Assembly (NCBI RefSeq): GCF_009914755.1
Contig: NC_060934.1
Length of the DNA: 64,000 bases
Source: the human T2T-CHM13v2.0 reference genome, Homo sapiens
Reading direction: 5' to 3' (one strand)
Position 1 is the first letter of the stretch, and each line of letters begins with the position of its first letter. A program made the translations under genes and the position numbers. The notes beneath the pieces were generated by a model. It made no database searches. It saw nothing but the letters and a program-made list of their open reading frames with translations, and had not been told where the DNA came from. Positions 1-15,184 of the stretch are shown here, in pieces.

Positions 1-875
1 AGCAAGTCCCAAACTCATAGCCTGGGGAACGTCCAGCTTGTCAAAGACATTGGACCCATGATGGTGGCTTGGGGAAGGTTCCAGAGTCAGGGAATCTCTT
101 TGGCTTTAGCGTTCTAACTTTCTGGAGCCCAGAATCCCTTTTGCCAATACATTCCAATCTGTGCTCCTTGGAACTGTAATGCCCTGCAAAATATTAATAA
201 ACATTTTTAAAGCATCATGATCAAATATGTCTGGGAACTGCCAACATAAATATAATTAAATGGCTTTCTTACTGCAGAACTTCTCAGAGCCTTTAATATG
301 CCAAATACAAGTTGTACCCCTCCAAGTAAAGGATGTGGTATTTGGGGATTCTCAAGCCTGTTAATCATAGGTTTTCCTCTGTGTTCTGCCTGCCTCTGCC
401 TGACTGTGCTTTTATGAACTTCAGCAATGAAGAAATCCCTCCCTTGCTTCTCTTCCATGCTTTAAGGAAGCCACTCTACCCTTCCAGTTTCTCCCATAAA
501 TCCATGTAACTATGCAGCTTCCTGGTCCAGAACTTTTCACTAGGTCTCGAGCCCCCACGGCCAGAATTCACTTTTGAATGGCATAAAAGATCCGCCCAAA
601 ATCCAGAGCCAGGCAACCTGTCCTGCTCAGTGTCTACCATCTGTACCCCTCGAAATGGGCCTGAAACCCACGTGGTTCTGAACCCACAGCACAATCACAG
701 TGTTGCTCTTGCTGTCTGAAACACCAGCTGCCTGGCTCATCTGTCTGACAAACAAGGACACATCCTTGAGGCTTTGTGCCCACCCCCCAATGCCTCCCCT
801 TATCTGGATCAGGAGCCCACCTCTGAGCCCCACACCCCTGAGCTTACCACAAGATCTGCTTCTCTACATAATAAT

Positions 876-1437
876 TGTATTAGCCAGATTTCTCCAGGGG
901 GACAGAACCAATAGCATGTATATATGAATGAAAGGGGATTTATTCTGGGGAACTGGCTCACATGATCACAAGGTGAAGTCTCACTATAGTCTGCAAGCTG
1001 GAAAACCAGAGAAGCTGTTAGCACAGCTCAGTCTAAGCCCAAAAGCCTCAGAGCAAGGGAAGCTGATAGTGCAGCCCCAGTCTGAGGCTGAAGGCCTGAG
1101 AGCCCCGGAAGACTGCTAGTGCAAGCCCAGCAAAGGCCGAACGATCTAGAGTGATGTCCAAGAGCAAGAGGAGAAAATGGCATCCCACTCTAGAAGAGAA
1201 AGAGAGAGAAGAACGAGAGCCAGCTGGGTACCCCCCTCCCTCTGCCTGCTTTGTCCCAGCCAGGCCCCAGCTGATTGCATGGTGGCCCCACATCGAAGGC
1301 AGGTCTTCCTCCCTCAGTCCACTGAATCATATCACAATCTTATGTAAACCCCCACATAGACACCCAGGAACAATGCTTCACAGCCATCGAGGCCTCCCTC
1401 AGTCCAATCCATTTGACACCTAACATTTACCATCACG
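876..1437 (-). mobile_element. MLT2B-type ERVL solo LTR
   Basis: Runs from tgtattagccag... to ...accatcacg, matching MLT2 in reverse; 5-bp TSD ATAAT at 871-875 and 1438-1442. Confidence 0.85.
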
Positions 1438-1610
1438 ATAATGTACCACTCATTGGCCTGTCTGTGATGACCTGGATGGTAAGTTATGGACAAGTCTTGC
1501 CCACCACACCATCTCCAGCATTTTCTACAGTGTTGGACACTCCAGGTCTCCATGCACCTGCTTCGTGATTTGACAAATTGGGGTCCTGGACATTCACTGG
1601 CCATGTTTTT

Positions 1611-1930
1611 GTTGTTGTTGTTGTTTGTTTTTTGTTGTTGTTGTTTGTTTGTTTTGAGACAGAGTCTTGCTGTGTCGCCCAGGCTGGAGTGCAGTGGCAC
1701 GATCTCAGCTCACTGCAGCCTCTGCCTCCTGGGTTCCAGTGATTCTCCTGCCTCAGCCTCCTGAGATTACAGGCGCATGCCACCACGCCAGGTTAATTTT
1801 TATATTTTTAGTAGAGATGGGGTTTCACCATTTTGGCCAGGCTGGTCTCAAAACTCCTGGCCTAGGGTGATCTGCCTGCCTCGGCCTCCCAAAGTCCTGG
1901 GATTACAGGCGTGAGCCACTGTGCCCAGCC
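1611..1930 (-). mobile_element. AluS with (CAA)n-type tail
   Basis: Full dimeric Alu; TSD cactggccatgttttt (1595-1610) / caccagccatgttttt (1931-1946). Confidence 0.95.
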
Positions 1931-2139
1931 CACCAGCCATGTTTTTACTGGAGGGTAAGGACAAGACCATCAGGTCTGTAAGTCACCCATATTTACAGTC
2001 TTTGCTCCTTGCCTTCATGTCTACTTTGTTTGACATTAGCACAACCACACTTATTTTTCTTTTCCCATGTGCTTATATTGTTTTATGTTCAGCCTCCTCT
2101 ATCCTTAACAATGTGTCCCTTCTAAGTACCAAGTAACTG

Positions 2140-3392
<1,253 letters not shown>

Positions 3393-4546
3393 ATTTTAAA
3401 ATACTAACATTTTTAAAATTATATTTAATTTGAGAATTTGGATGATGTTGTCTTCCTCCAGAGAGGATTTACTTTTGCTTTTTGCAGGCAGCTAAACATT
3501 AGAAACCCCAGGTTACTTAAATCCAATAGGACCTGAGATGATTCAGAACTAGGCATTGACCTTTGTGAGGTTTGGCCTATTTCTGGTGCACTTTTTAGAG
3601 TGTAGCCTTACAGAGCCCTCCAAACTCCTTGTGACTACTAAAAGCTCCACTTAGATTCTCAGCTTCTCAGTCACCTCTTGTAAACCCAGGAAAAAACATT
3701 TTGGCCACTTCTTGAAGATGGAGGTAAGATTCCAGAGGCCCCGTTGCCCTATCTATGTGGCCTACAGGCTGCACCATGCCCTGCTATAATGGCCAAGTAA
3801 GGTATGCTCTCCCCAGCTCACCAAAGGAAAGCAAGTCTCTGTCAAATCTTCCACAGGTTTTCATGATGTTTATCTTCCGCTAATGAGCAAAAGGATGAAA
3901 CACAGTGCATAACAGCAAGTGTGGAGGTGACCAGTAATGTTGAGGTCAAGGGCTATTTTTTTTCTGGATGTGTTTGTGGTTCTAATATTTAAGAAAATAA
4001 AAACACGCAGTGCTGCTGTCTTTTTGGCTACTTGGCTGGCGTCATTTGGCTGGTTTGTGGGGTTGAATGAAATGTTTACACATTTCTGGTGTCACACAAA
4101 CAGAGCCAATGGGCTCCTTGATTTGTGCAGCTGGATTGGAGTACGGGCTAGGTTGAGATGAACCCAAACTTCTTTCTTTTATGGATGACTGTGATCCACG
4201 GGATCTAGAGCAAGTCGGAAAATCAAGTGCTGGTAGGGGTGGAGCAACCAGAGTGTGAGGGGATGGTCAAAGTGTAGCACTTATGCCCACCCTGTGTGAG
4301 GGGGTTCCAGGGCTGCAGGTTCTCAAAGACCAGGATCAGCCATGAAGCTCCAGCTGACTCTTGGCACAGAAAAATTGGGATCCAGAGTGTCAGATCCCTT
4401 GATCTTTCAAAAGAAGCCAGAAATTCAAATAACTAGGTGAAATAGCCAGTTTTTGGCTTGACTAAAAAAAAAAAATCCAGTGTAAGCCAAACAAAATATA
4501 TCTCTGGACCAACATCAGCCCTTGTATTGACAGTTTGTGACTTTGA

Positions 4547-4883
<337 letters not shown>

Positions 4884-5399
4884 TGTGGTGCATCTTTTAT
4901 TCACTATCTTAAGACACCAAGAAAATTGACATATGAGCAACACTTTAGGGCATCTTGGTCTTGCTGTACTACTTAGGGCCCATCCTGGACACACTTGGGG
5001 CTTCTTGAGTAGTGGCCCAGATGTTTCTGCCTCATTCCCGATCACCTGAGTTGTATGTGCGAATTTTGTTTAAAGCAGTATGACCACACCACCTTATTCA
5101 GGTGGAGTTCTGAAAGCTGGGGCCTGAGCATCTGAGGTTTGAACAGCAGCCCAAGTGATTTAATGTACAGCCAGAGCTGAGTTCATTTCGCTCTGCACTC
5201 CCCTGTCCTCCTGGTGGAGGGATGGTGACCAAGATGGGACTAAGCCCCTGATGGCCACCCCGTTTGCCAAAGTCCCCAATAGCTTAGAAAGGACGATTTC
5301 CGAGCAACATGTCTACACACATCTGGGCCCGTTTTCCGGACCTGTCACAGGACAGGAGAAAGGGCATGAAATCTAGCAACAAAATACCTGGAGTGGCGT

Positions 5400-5520
5400 C
5401 CTCTGTCACTTCCTGGCTGGATTGGGCACTTGCCTATTTGACCTCCATTTTTTCTACTTTTAACAAGATGGTAATGCTGGTGCTGGTGAGATGGAAGATT
5501 CTGCGAGCAGCTAGCAAGCT
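5400..5520 (+). mobile_element. MIR remnant
   Basis: Degenerate MIR core (tctgtcacttcctggct...aagatggtaatg...gtgagatgg). Confidence 0.45.
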
Positions 5521-6299
5521 GTGGAGTGCGGTGCACACATGGGTGCTAGTTTTCTCAGGTCCCCTACCCCCAGACCTTGGTGTGTGTCCAGCCTCGGCCC
5601 CTCCTCTGCTTTCCCAGGAAACACTCCCACACTGCTTCACACAGGTCCTGCCATGGGACCCACTGTCCTCAGGGAGGCCCTCCTGCCTCAGTGTCACCAG
5701 AACCTTTGCAAAGGGCCCTATCACCCCCAGAGGTTGAGCTCTGGGGCCATGCCTGGTCCAGGACACAGGGCTGGAACGTGGCTTCCCATGCTTATCGGCT
5801 CCAACTGTGGAAAGGAGACCTTGGCCCTTGTTACTGACGTCAGCCCCTTCAGAGAGGCGAGTCGGCTGTGAGCACCTCAGTTCTGCCCCTCTGCTCTCCT
5901 CCCAGGCTCCAGCCCACTCTGGCTTGCCCCACGTGCACCCACCCTGTCTCTGCGCTGCGCCTCCCTTCTAAGGCTCCGTCTGAGCAGAGACTCACTGCCC
6001 CCCTCCCTTCCTCCTTCCCTGAGCTCTCAGATTCCAATAGCATGCTCTCCTGGCTGTTGGGCCATCAGTATCTCTGCATTCTGTCATGATTTTTTTTTTT
6101 TTTTCACACAGGAAGCCCTAGAACGCTGCCACTGTCTTCTTAAGTAGCCATATTTTCAGGAAGAGAAGGCCCTCCCAGTGATCGGACATGGTGCAGGGTA
6201 CACTTGGGGGCCGAGGACCATCCCCGAGGGGATGAGAATAACGTGGGCTCTGGATGCACATCCCTTTATAGCTCCCCTTTCCCTACTTGTCCCTTTCCC

Positions 6300-7590
6300 T
6301 GACTAATTAATGACTCCACCCATCACCCAGCCAATCCAGGTGCCTGGAAGTCATCCTCCACACTTCCAGCGTGGGCAGGGGGTATCTCTTGATCACAGAT
6401 AAGAGCTTGCCCCATCTGCTGCCCCAGCCCTTAGAAGCCTCCCTGCCATCTTCAGTATGATGCCCCCATCTTTGCCTGGCACTCCCTCCCACCAGACGCT
6501 TCCCGGGGCTCAGCCTCCCAGCCCCATCCCACCCCACCCCAGGCCCCATTCATCCCAGGTAGCAGCTTCTGCTGCTCAGATGCCCCTCTGCACCTTGGGT
6601 GGTCCAGGAACTCCTCATTCTTCCAGAGGAGGCCTGAGCAGTGAGGGAAGCCCTTGACCCTCGCCTACTGGGGGTACAATTTGACACAGATTTTTTATAG
6701 CATCATTTGGTGAGACAAATAAAGTCTTTAAAGTGGCTATGAAATTCCACTTGTAGACATTTTGCCCGGCAAACATGAATGGGCACAAAAATTCAGCTGC
6801 AAAGATGTACTTGTAGCAATTTGAAACACCCCAGTGTTGCTTAAAGCAATCCTAGTGCATCTATACAGTGGAATCCTAGGCGTTAAAAACATTAAGGCAC
6901 ATGTAAATTTTGTTTTTCGAACCGTCACGTCTGCCCTGGACTTCCTCAAAGCCTCCTAACAGGCCTCTAGGTGTCCCTCTTTGCTCCTTTCCAAATCATT
7001 TGCACCTGGTATTGGGTGAGAACTAAAAGCCTGAATCATGCCATCGGGCAGCTTAAAGCCCCATAAGGCATTTCCATTGTAATGAGATGAGCATGTGAAT
7101 TCCCTCCCCAAGCTGTGCACCATCAAGGCCCTGCGTGCTCTGTAACCAGGTGCTTGTCTACCTGGGGGGTCCCACAGGAGGACAGCGGCCTCAGCCTGGG
7201 CCCTGAGCTTGTCACACCCTTGTCAAACAGTGCCTTCCTCCCGCCACACCCACCTTCTATCAGCGCCTTGGGATAAGCCTAGCCCTGCCCCATCTCTGGA
7301 CTTCGGATATGCTGTCCCTGCATCAGTCGGCTTCCCCTTCCTGGCACTGGGGTAACTTCTCTACATCCTTCATTTCTCAGAGAGGCTTCCCTTAACCCTT
7401 CTGTTCAAATGGGGTTGCTGCTATTATTCCTCACTGTACCTTGTTCTTTCTGTTTTCCCTTTTCCATTTATTACACCCAGTAAATCCGTAAGGACAGCAT
7501 CCTGATGGGCTTTGTTTACAGGGTACATCCAGCACTGAACACTCTGTACGCCTCACACAGAGGAGGTGCTCGATAAACATGTAAGAATGC
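6300..7590. mobile_element. L2 remnants (fragmented)
   Basis: L2-like phrases (aagtcatcctc, ctcctaacaggcctct, agaggcttccctta, aggtgctcgataaacatg); boundaries approximate. Confidence 0.5.
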
Positions 7591-7819
7591 CCCTGCTACA
7601 TTGTAATTTAAAAAGCAAACTACAAAATAGTATGATGGCATATATAACATAGCATAGTATAATCCAATATAATACAAGAGTACAAGGATTAATATTAAAA
7701 AATCCAGAAGACTCTTCCACAAACTCTTGTCAGTGGTTAAGTATACATGGTGGGATTATAGATGGTTTCAAATGTTCACCTTCTCTGTATTATCTATATT
7801 TTCCAGATTTTAAATACAT

Positions 7820-7965
7820 TTTTATTTTTATTGTATTTATTTATTTGTAGAGACAGAGGTCTTGCAATATTGCCCAGGCCAGTCTCAAACTCCTGGCCTC
7901 AAGCAATTCTCCCGCCTCAGCTCTCAAAGTGTTGGGATTACAGGTATGAGTCACAGTGCCCAGAC
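7820..7965 (-). mobile_element. FLAM / Alu left-arm monomer
   Basis: Single Alu arm with (TTTA)n tail. Confidence 0.8.
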
Positions 7966-8368
7966 TGAATCAATTTTTCAAAAATGGTAACAATAGCAAT
8001 TATTCCGCAATAAAAAATAAAAATTTTGCTTAATTCTCATTGTAAAAAGACTCTGCCCACAAATCCCCAGCCTCTGTGAAGTGTTTCCTCTAAGCTCCAT
8101 CTGCACCACACACCTGAGAAGGTGAAGTTGCTAAATGAACAAATGAATGAATGAATGCAAAACAGGATTGTCTCCGAAGTTGAAATCCCTGCCCTTGATT
8201 ATGTCTGCCATCAGATGTGCGTCCCCGAAATGCAGAAATCCTACTCGAGAGCAGAGGCATGTTACCACTCACTGGAGTTCCATAGACATCACCTGACCAC
8301 GGAGACTTTCTAAGTATTTGTTCCTGAGAAGTCTCCGCTGCAAAGTTCCGATTAAGATACCTGTGAGC

Positions 8369-8733
<365 letters not shown>

Positions 8734-8884
8734 TTAAACATGAAAATGAAAACGAATAGTCAGACTCCTGCATTTTTCCATGTCTTATTTCAGTTTTAAA
8801 GATGGACAATATGATAAGAAAGTCTGTTTCTCTTCTGGATTTCTATTTCCAAAGAGATAGCAAAGGTTCTCAGGTTACTTGGAG

Positions 8885-9012
8885 AGTTTACTAGGATGCT
8901 GAGCGCTCCTCACCCACATAGTTTATTATTCGGGAGGTCTGAGGTGGGACCCCAAAAGACAAATTCTCAGGTGAGGTTGATGCTGCTGGTCTGGCGACCA
9001 CGCTTGGAGACT
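8885..9012 (+). mobile_element. MER5A-type hAT MITE remnant
   Basis: caggtgaggttgatgctgctggtctggcgaccacgcttggag resembles the MER5A end. Confidence 0.55.
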
Positions 9013-9960
9013 CCGTGAGCCAGAGGACTCTGCCCCGACTTGCTAGGGAGGCAGGAGCTCTGGTGACCTGCTGTGTGGCCTGGAGGAAGTCACTGCCCAT
9101 TCTGAGCCTCGGATTCCTTGTTGGTAAACAGCGTCTTAGGACGCGGCTCTGTGATGCTGTGGCCTGTGCGTCGCATCGGCATGTCTCAGCAGGCACCGGG
9201 CAGCAGAGGGCAGCAGAGATCAGGAAATGGCGTCCCGGCAGGCGGCTTCTCCCACTGCTGAAATGAGTTCTCTCAACTGTCGCTCAGCACTCCGAAACCA
9301 TTAGCCAAAGAAGAAAGACATTTCCTCATCCCTTTGCTCTCCAATGACTAAGAAAAGTGAAGTGATGCCTTACACTGAAATGTATTTCTTAAAAGTTGGA
9401 TACTTGTATCATCTTGAAAGCCCCTCTACATCCAGGAAAACTGCAGCCCAGAGGGGAGGAAAAGCCCGCGGCTTCCTGCTGGTGGTAAGTTCAGGAACAC
9501 GCATGGGCCTTTCCGCTCCGTCCCAAGCTGAGTTTTACATTCCCTCCTAGAAGAGAATTGGCGAGTGGACATGAGGGTAGCTTTCTTCCATGGTGCTGGG
9601 GGGCAGGAGGAACCCCAGGGACTCATGGATGTGGGAAGGACATGAGAGGTTTCCCAAGTAGGGCCCCTTGCATTTAGAGCCCCCTCTACATGGAGCTGGA
9701 AAAGGGAGTTCCGTTTAAATGTGTGACCCTGGAGTCCCCAAACATCTATTCAGAGACAGCAGATAAATCCCAGACTGCACCTCTCCAGCTGGTCTTCAAG
9801 CTCAGAACCCCCTCCTCGTTTCCAAGTGTGGATCCATCAGAATGAAGGGCCCACACCTCTCCCCCACCGTGGATTTCACATTTCCTGGTGCCTCTAAGTC
9901 ACCAGGAGGGGGCAGAAAATTCTGCCTCCCAAGCCCCACCTCCAGGGACCCCATTCATCA

Positions 9961-10598
<638 letters not shown>

Positions 10599-13139
10599 TT
10601 AGAAGATAAAACCCATAATTTTTCTACCTTGGTAAATACATCTTCATCATCATGAAGGCAAGGTTTGAATTTAGAATTCTGAGGAGTTGACTTTCGAAAA
10701 AAGGCAGCACAGAGAGCCAGGCTGCAGCCTACCCCCTTCACGCCTCACCCCACTTGGCTTTTTAGTGCACACACGTGTGTGTGTGTGTACAGGTGTGTAT
10801 ACCCACTAGCCCCACATATCCACGCCCCCACCCAGTTCCAGCTGAGCCATCACCCACAGAAGAATGATGGACCCAGGGAGAGAGGCCCACACAAACCTGG
10901 AGGTTGGCTCAGGGTTCCAGGTATCCGTGACTCTAAAAGGCAGGGTACAGGATCCAGGGGAAGCCCATCCCCAGCCCCAGGGACCCCTTGCCCTAGATAG
11001 GGCATAGCCTGATGAGACAGAGCAGGCCCCACCCCTGCCCACCAGGGCTCCTTGCTGGCCAGTGGGAGGTGGAGGCCTTAGAGTTTAAGGAGCTGTCAGG
11101 TTGGTCCCACTGAAGCCACACTGGCTTTGGGCCCCTGGGAGCCTGACTGTGAGGCCTTTCTGAAACCTCAGGTAGGCCTGACAGACAGACAGGGCTGCAA
11201 TCCAGGGCTGAGCGCCTGCCTGGAGATGGGGCTCCAGGAGGGACTGGGAGGGCTGCCTGGAGGCGGGGGCTGTTAAAATGCAGCTCTCTGGGCCCTGCAC
11301 CAGCCCTTCTGAATCAGTGGAGCTGGACATCTATGTTTTAACAAGACCCTCCTTCCCAAGGATTCTAACACAACACTAAAGTGTGAGAAGCACAGCTTGG
11401 AAACATTTTGTTTTATTCATGCAGTCAACAGATATCCACAGAACATCCCCTCCCTTGGCACTCTCAGTTTCCTGTCCCCTGCAGCCAACAGGAAGTCAGC
11501 TCTTCCCCACAGATTCTCTCCCTCCTCAAGTTTCAATTCAATTTCACCTCCTCAGGGGCACCTTTTCCAAAATGGCTGCCATCTCCCGGCCCTCAACACC
11601 ACATCCCCTCTCCTAGCTCCTTCTTGGCCTTTACCACTGGTGCAGATGAGCTTCTTGGAGTATTTATTTTACTCATTGCCATGCCTCCCCCTCTAGAATA
11701 TAACCCCTTCCCCAGGGCCAGGGCCTGATACATGGGAATCATTCCTTTACTGCAGTGTTGCTGGGATATAATATGCCCATAAACCTACTGAGTATTTGAT
11801 GAATGATGAATAAGGCCGCTACCACTCAGCAATTCATTCATTGCCTCTTCCCACAATGGGACAATGGGGCAGGTGCCTTTTGGATAAAGAGGGAAGGTGT
11901 AGGTGGCGGAAGCCTCCGAGCTCTGAAGACCCTGCATGGCTGTCTGCCCGCCCCTCCATGAAAGGGGCAGCTCTCCCAGGAAAGAGAGGAAGAGAGGCCA
12001 AGAGAGCTCACAAATGGGTGTCTTCTCTTGTGAGGAAGGATTCGGGGCTCAACACGCTTCCTGGGGCTGGGTCTGTACAGGTAGAAGGAAGAGGCCCAGT
12101 TGGCTCCAAGGCTGGGCCAGCCCCAGCCCTGCAGCCTGGCGGTGTGCAGGCACCCTCACTTCAGAACATGCTTGTATGCACTTGCTCTTCTGGCACGCCA
12201 TGAACTGTTTCTTGGCTGCCTTGTTAGGAGATTAAGCTTTCTCTAAAAAGATGAAAAAAAAAATCTCTAGCAAAGGCCTGACTAGAGCTGACCCCCGAGG
12301 AGGCGGTGGCAATAACTGATGGGCACTACATTTGTCTAATTAATCTTCTTGTCAACAAAGTTGTTCTTTGCCGGTGCCAGCTCTGACATCATCCTGCAAG
12401 CTTGCCACACTGGTTCATATGCAGTTACAAAGGCTGCCTGTGACCCAGCACTACACTCCCTAACCACCCCCAACACGCTGCTGCCTGGAAATGGGTGGAT
12501 GAGAACAGAGATGTCACACAGCTGCTGGCTTAGAAGGGGCACCGGGGAATCACAGCTTGAATGAAAGTTGGATAAAGATCTGGAAGGTTCAGGGGATCCC
12601 CAGGCTGGAAGGAGCCTGGTTTCTAAATAGGACACCGATGCCGACCATCTTTTTCAAGTTAAACTTTGGAAAGTTCCATTTGCCATGCAAACTACCCTTG
12701 CCCTGGATGGGTTGCCCCAAGAGTGACCCAGGAAAGTTTAGGTGGTAAAGTTGCAAAATCAAGTGGCTTCAGGGCCCAGGCAGAGATTTCACTTTCAGTG
12801 CCCTGGGATGAAATCTCTGGATGTCCACGAGGCTGACCTGGACTTCCCGGATTGGGAGGCCTTGTGGTCAAAAGCCGAGTCCAGTCCTGCACACCAGATC
12901 TAAATGTTCAAGAAGACAGTGCAGATTTACAGGCTAAATCAGAGTCCCTGGTAGCTGTTTCCGACCTCTGTATGGGGCTTTTAGAGTGAACTGTGGTCTC
13001 ATCCAGGCGTTTCCCGACCATTGCATCCCACACAGGGCCTCCCTTCTGATTTTATCGTTAGTCTCTCTCCCTGTTGATTTCCTCCAAGTGCTCATCACTG
13101 TCCACACTCACCCTGTTTATTTCTGCTCACCGATCTGGC

Positions 13140-13550
13140 TTTTTAATCGAGGAGTCTGTGAATAAAATCTGGAGGAGGGGGGTCTATGAACCTGGACAGG
13201 AAAATATTTATATCATTATTTTCACTGTCTGAGATTTAACAATTTACTCAATTATGAAAATCGGCAACAAGCCACAGTGTATTAGCAGTGTCTGTGACTT
13301 TGTCTCCAACAGAAATCACAGCTGTTTTTCTATCACGTCGTAGTTGATGCAGTTATCTCAAAATATCAGCTGGGCTAATCACTATTTTGAAATGACTGTA
13401 GTTAATAGATTGGTCTGTAGATCCTGTTACATCCTCTATCAACGAAGAACATATACGAGTATAGCACCACTTAAAAATATTTTGATAACTGCATGACAGT
13501 ATAATCGGTTTGTTTCATAATCCTGTGTATCTTAATTTATGCTTTTTTCA
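13140..13550. mobile_element. Probable hAT-Charlie-type DNA transposon fragment
   Basis: AT-rich block resembling Charlie internal sequence; family not certain. Confidence 0.35.
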
Positions 13551-13605
13551 AATATTCTGGCCTCATGAGACTGGCAAGAAAGACTGTAAGCCATCTTTTC
13601 TGTTA

Positions 13606-13757
13606 CTTTTTCTTTCTTTCTTTCTTTCTTTTTTTTTTCTATTTTTGAGACGGAGACTCTCACTCTGTCACCCAGGCTGGAGTGCAGTGGTGATCTCGGC
13701 TCACTGCAACCTCCGCCTCCCGGGTTCAAGCGATTCTCCTGCTTCAGCCTCCCGAGT
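13606..13757 (-). mobile_element. 5'-truncated Alu (part of right arm)
   Basis: (CTTT)n tail followed by gagacggag...cctcccgagt. Confidence 0.85.
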
Positions 13758-14166
13758 TCTCTTTTCTATCCTTAGCCCCGACCTTGGGTTCTGGCACACA
13801 GTAAGTGCTCAAGACAATATTATTGACTGAATTAATGAAGGAACCACTGAACAAATGAATTAAATAAGTGAACTGAACAAATGAACATGAGCCTTAACGT
13901 GGCCGTGGGTCCACGTCCATGGACCCACGTATTCTGGAAGGTGCAGAAGTTTCCACGACCCTTTGCCACCTGAGCTTCTGTCTGTGCGACATCCACACTA
14001 CCCACCAGGAGAGACGGGGGTCTTGCTACCTCCACTAAGAACAGTAGGAACAGCTCAGAGCTGACCACGGCGTCCCCACTAAACAAGACTCCACCGGCCC
14101 ATTGCCTTTTTTGCTCCAGCCACACGGGCCTCCGGAGACCAGAGCTGGAGATAAGGGGATGATCCT

Positions 14167-15170
14167 TTTCTTTTTTTTATATTATACTTGAAGTTTTAGG
14201 GTACATGTGCACAACGTGCAGGTTTGTAACATATGTATACATGTGCCATGTTGGTGTGCTGCACCCATTAACTCATCATTTAGCATTAGGTATATCTCCT
14301 AATGCTATCCCTCCCCCCTCCCCCCACCCCACAACAGTCCCCAGTGTGTAATGTTCCCCTTCCTGTGTCCGTGTGTTCTCATTGTTCAATTCCCACCTAT
14401 GAGTGAGAACATGCGGTGTTTGGTTTTTTCGTCCTTGTGATATTTTGCTGAGAATGATGGTTTCCAGTTTCATCCATGTCCCTACAAAGGACATGAACTC
14501 ATCATTTTTTATGACTGCATAGTATTCCATGGTGTATATGTGCCACATTTTCTTAATCCAGTCTATCGTTGTTGGACATTTAGGTTGGTTCCAAGTCTTT
14601 GCTATTGTGAATAGTGCCGCTATAAATATACGTGTGCATGTGTCTTTATAGCTGCATGATTTATAATCCTTTGGGTATATACCCAGTAATGGGATGGCTG
14701 GGTCAAATGGTATTTCTAGTTCTAGATCCCTGAGGAATCGCCACACTGACTTCCACAATGGTTGAACTAGTTTACAGTCCCACCAACAGTGTAAAAGTGT
14801 TCCTATTTTTCCACATCCTCTCCAGCACCTGTTGTTTCCTGACTTTTTAATGATCACCATTCTAACCGGTGTGAGATGGTATCTCACTGTGGTTTTGATT
14901 TGCATTTCTCTGATGACCAGTGATGATGAGCATTTTTTCATGTGTTTTCTGGCTGCAAAAATGTCTTCTTTTGAGAAGTGTCTGTTCATATCCTTCGCCC
15001 ACTTTTTGATGGGGTTGTTTTTTTCTTGTAAATTTGTTGTTCATTGTAGATTCTGGATATTAGCCCTTTGTCAGATGAGTAGGTTGCAAAAATTTTCTCC
15101 CATTCTGTAGGTTGACTGTTCACTCTGATGGTAGTTTCTTTTGCTGTGCAGCTCTTTAGTTTAATTAGAT
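14167..15170 (-). mobile_element. 5'-truncated L1PA4/L1PA5-like LINE-1 (~1 kb)
   Basis: L1 3'UTR with GAG (not L1HS ACA/ACG) and ttaatgggtgcagcacaccaac; 18-bp TSD agataaggggatgatcct at 14149-14166 and 15167-15184. Confidence 0.95.
14276..14989 (-). pseudogene. L1 ORF2p C-terminal fragment including the CCHC region
   Basis: [10 protein letters not shown]...[18 protein letters not shown]...[17 protein letters not shown]; a 1-nt insertion near 14430 shifts frame past the normal stop. Confidence 0.9.
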
Positions 15171-15184
15171 AAGGGGATGATCCT

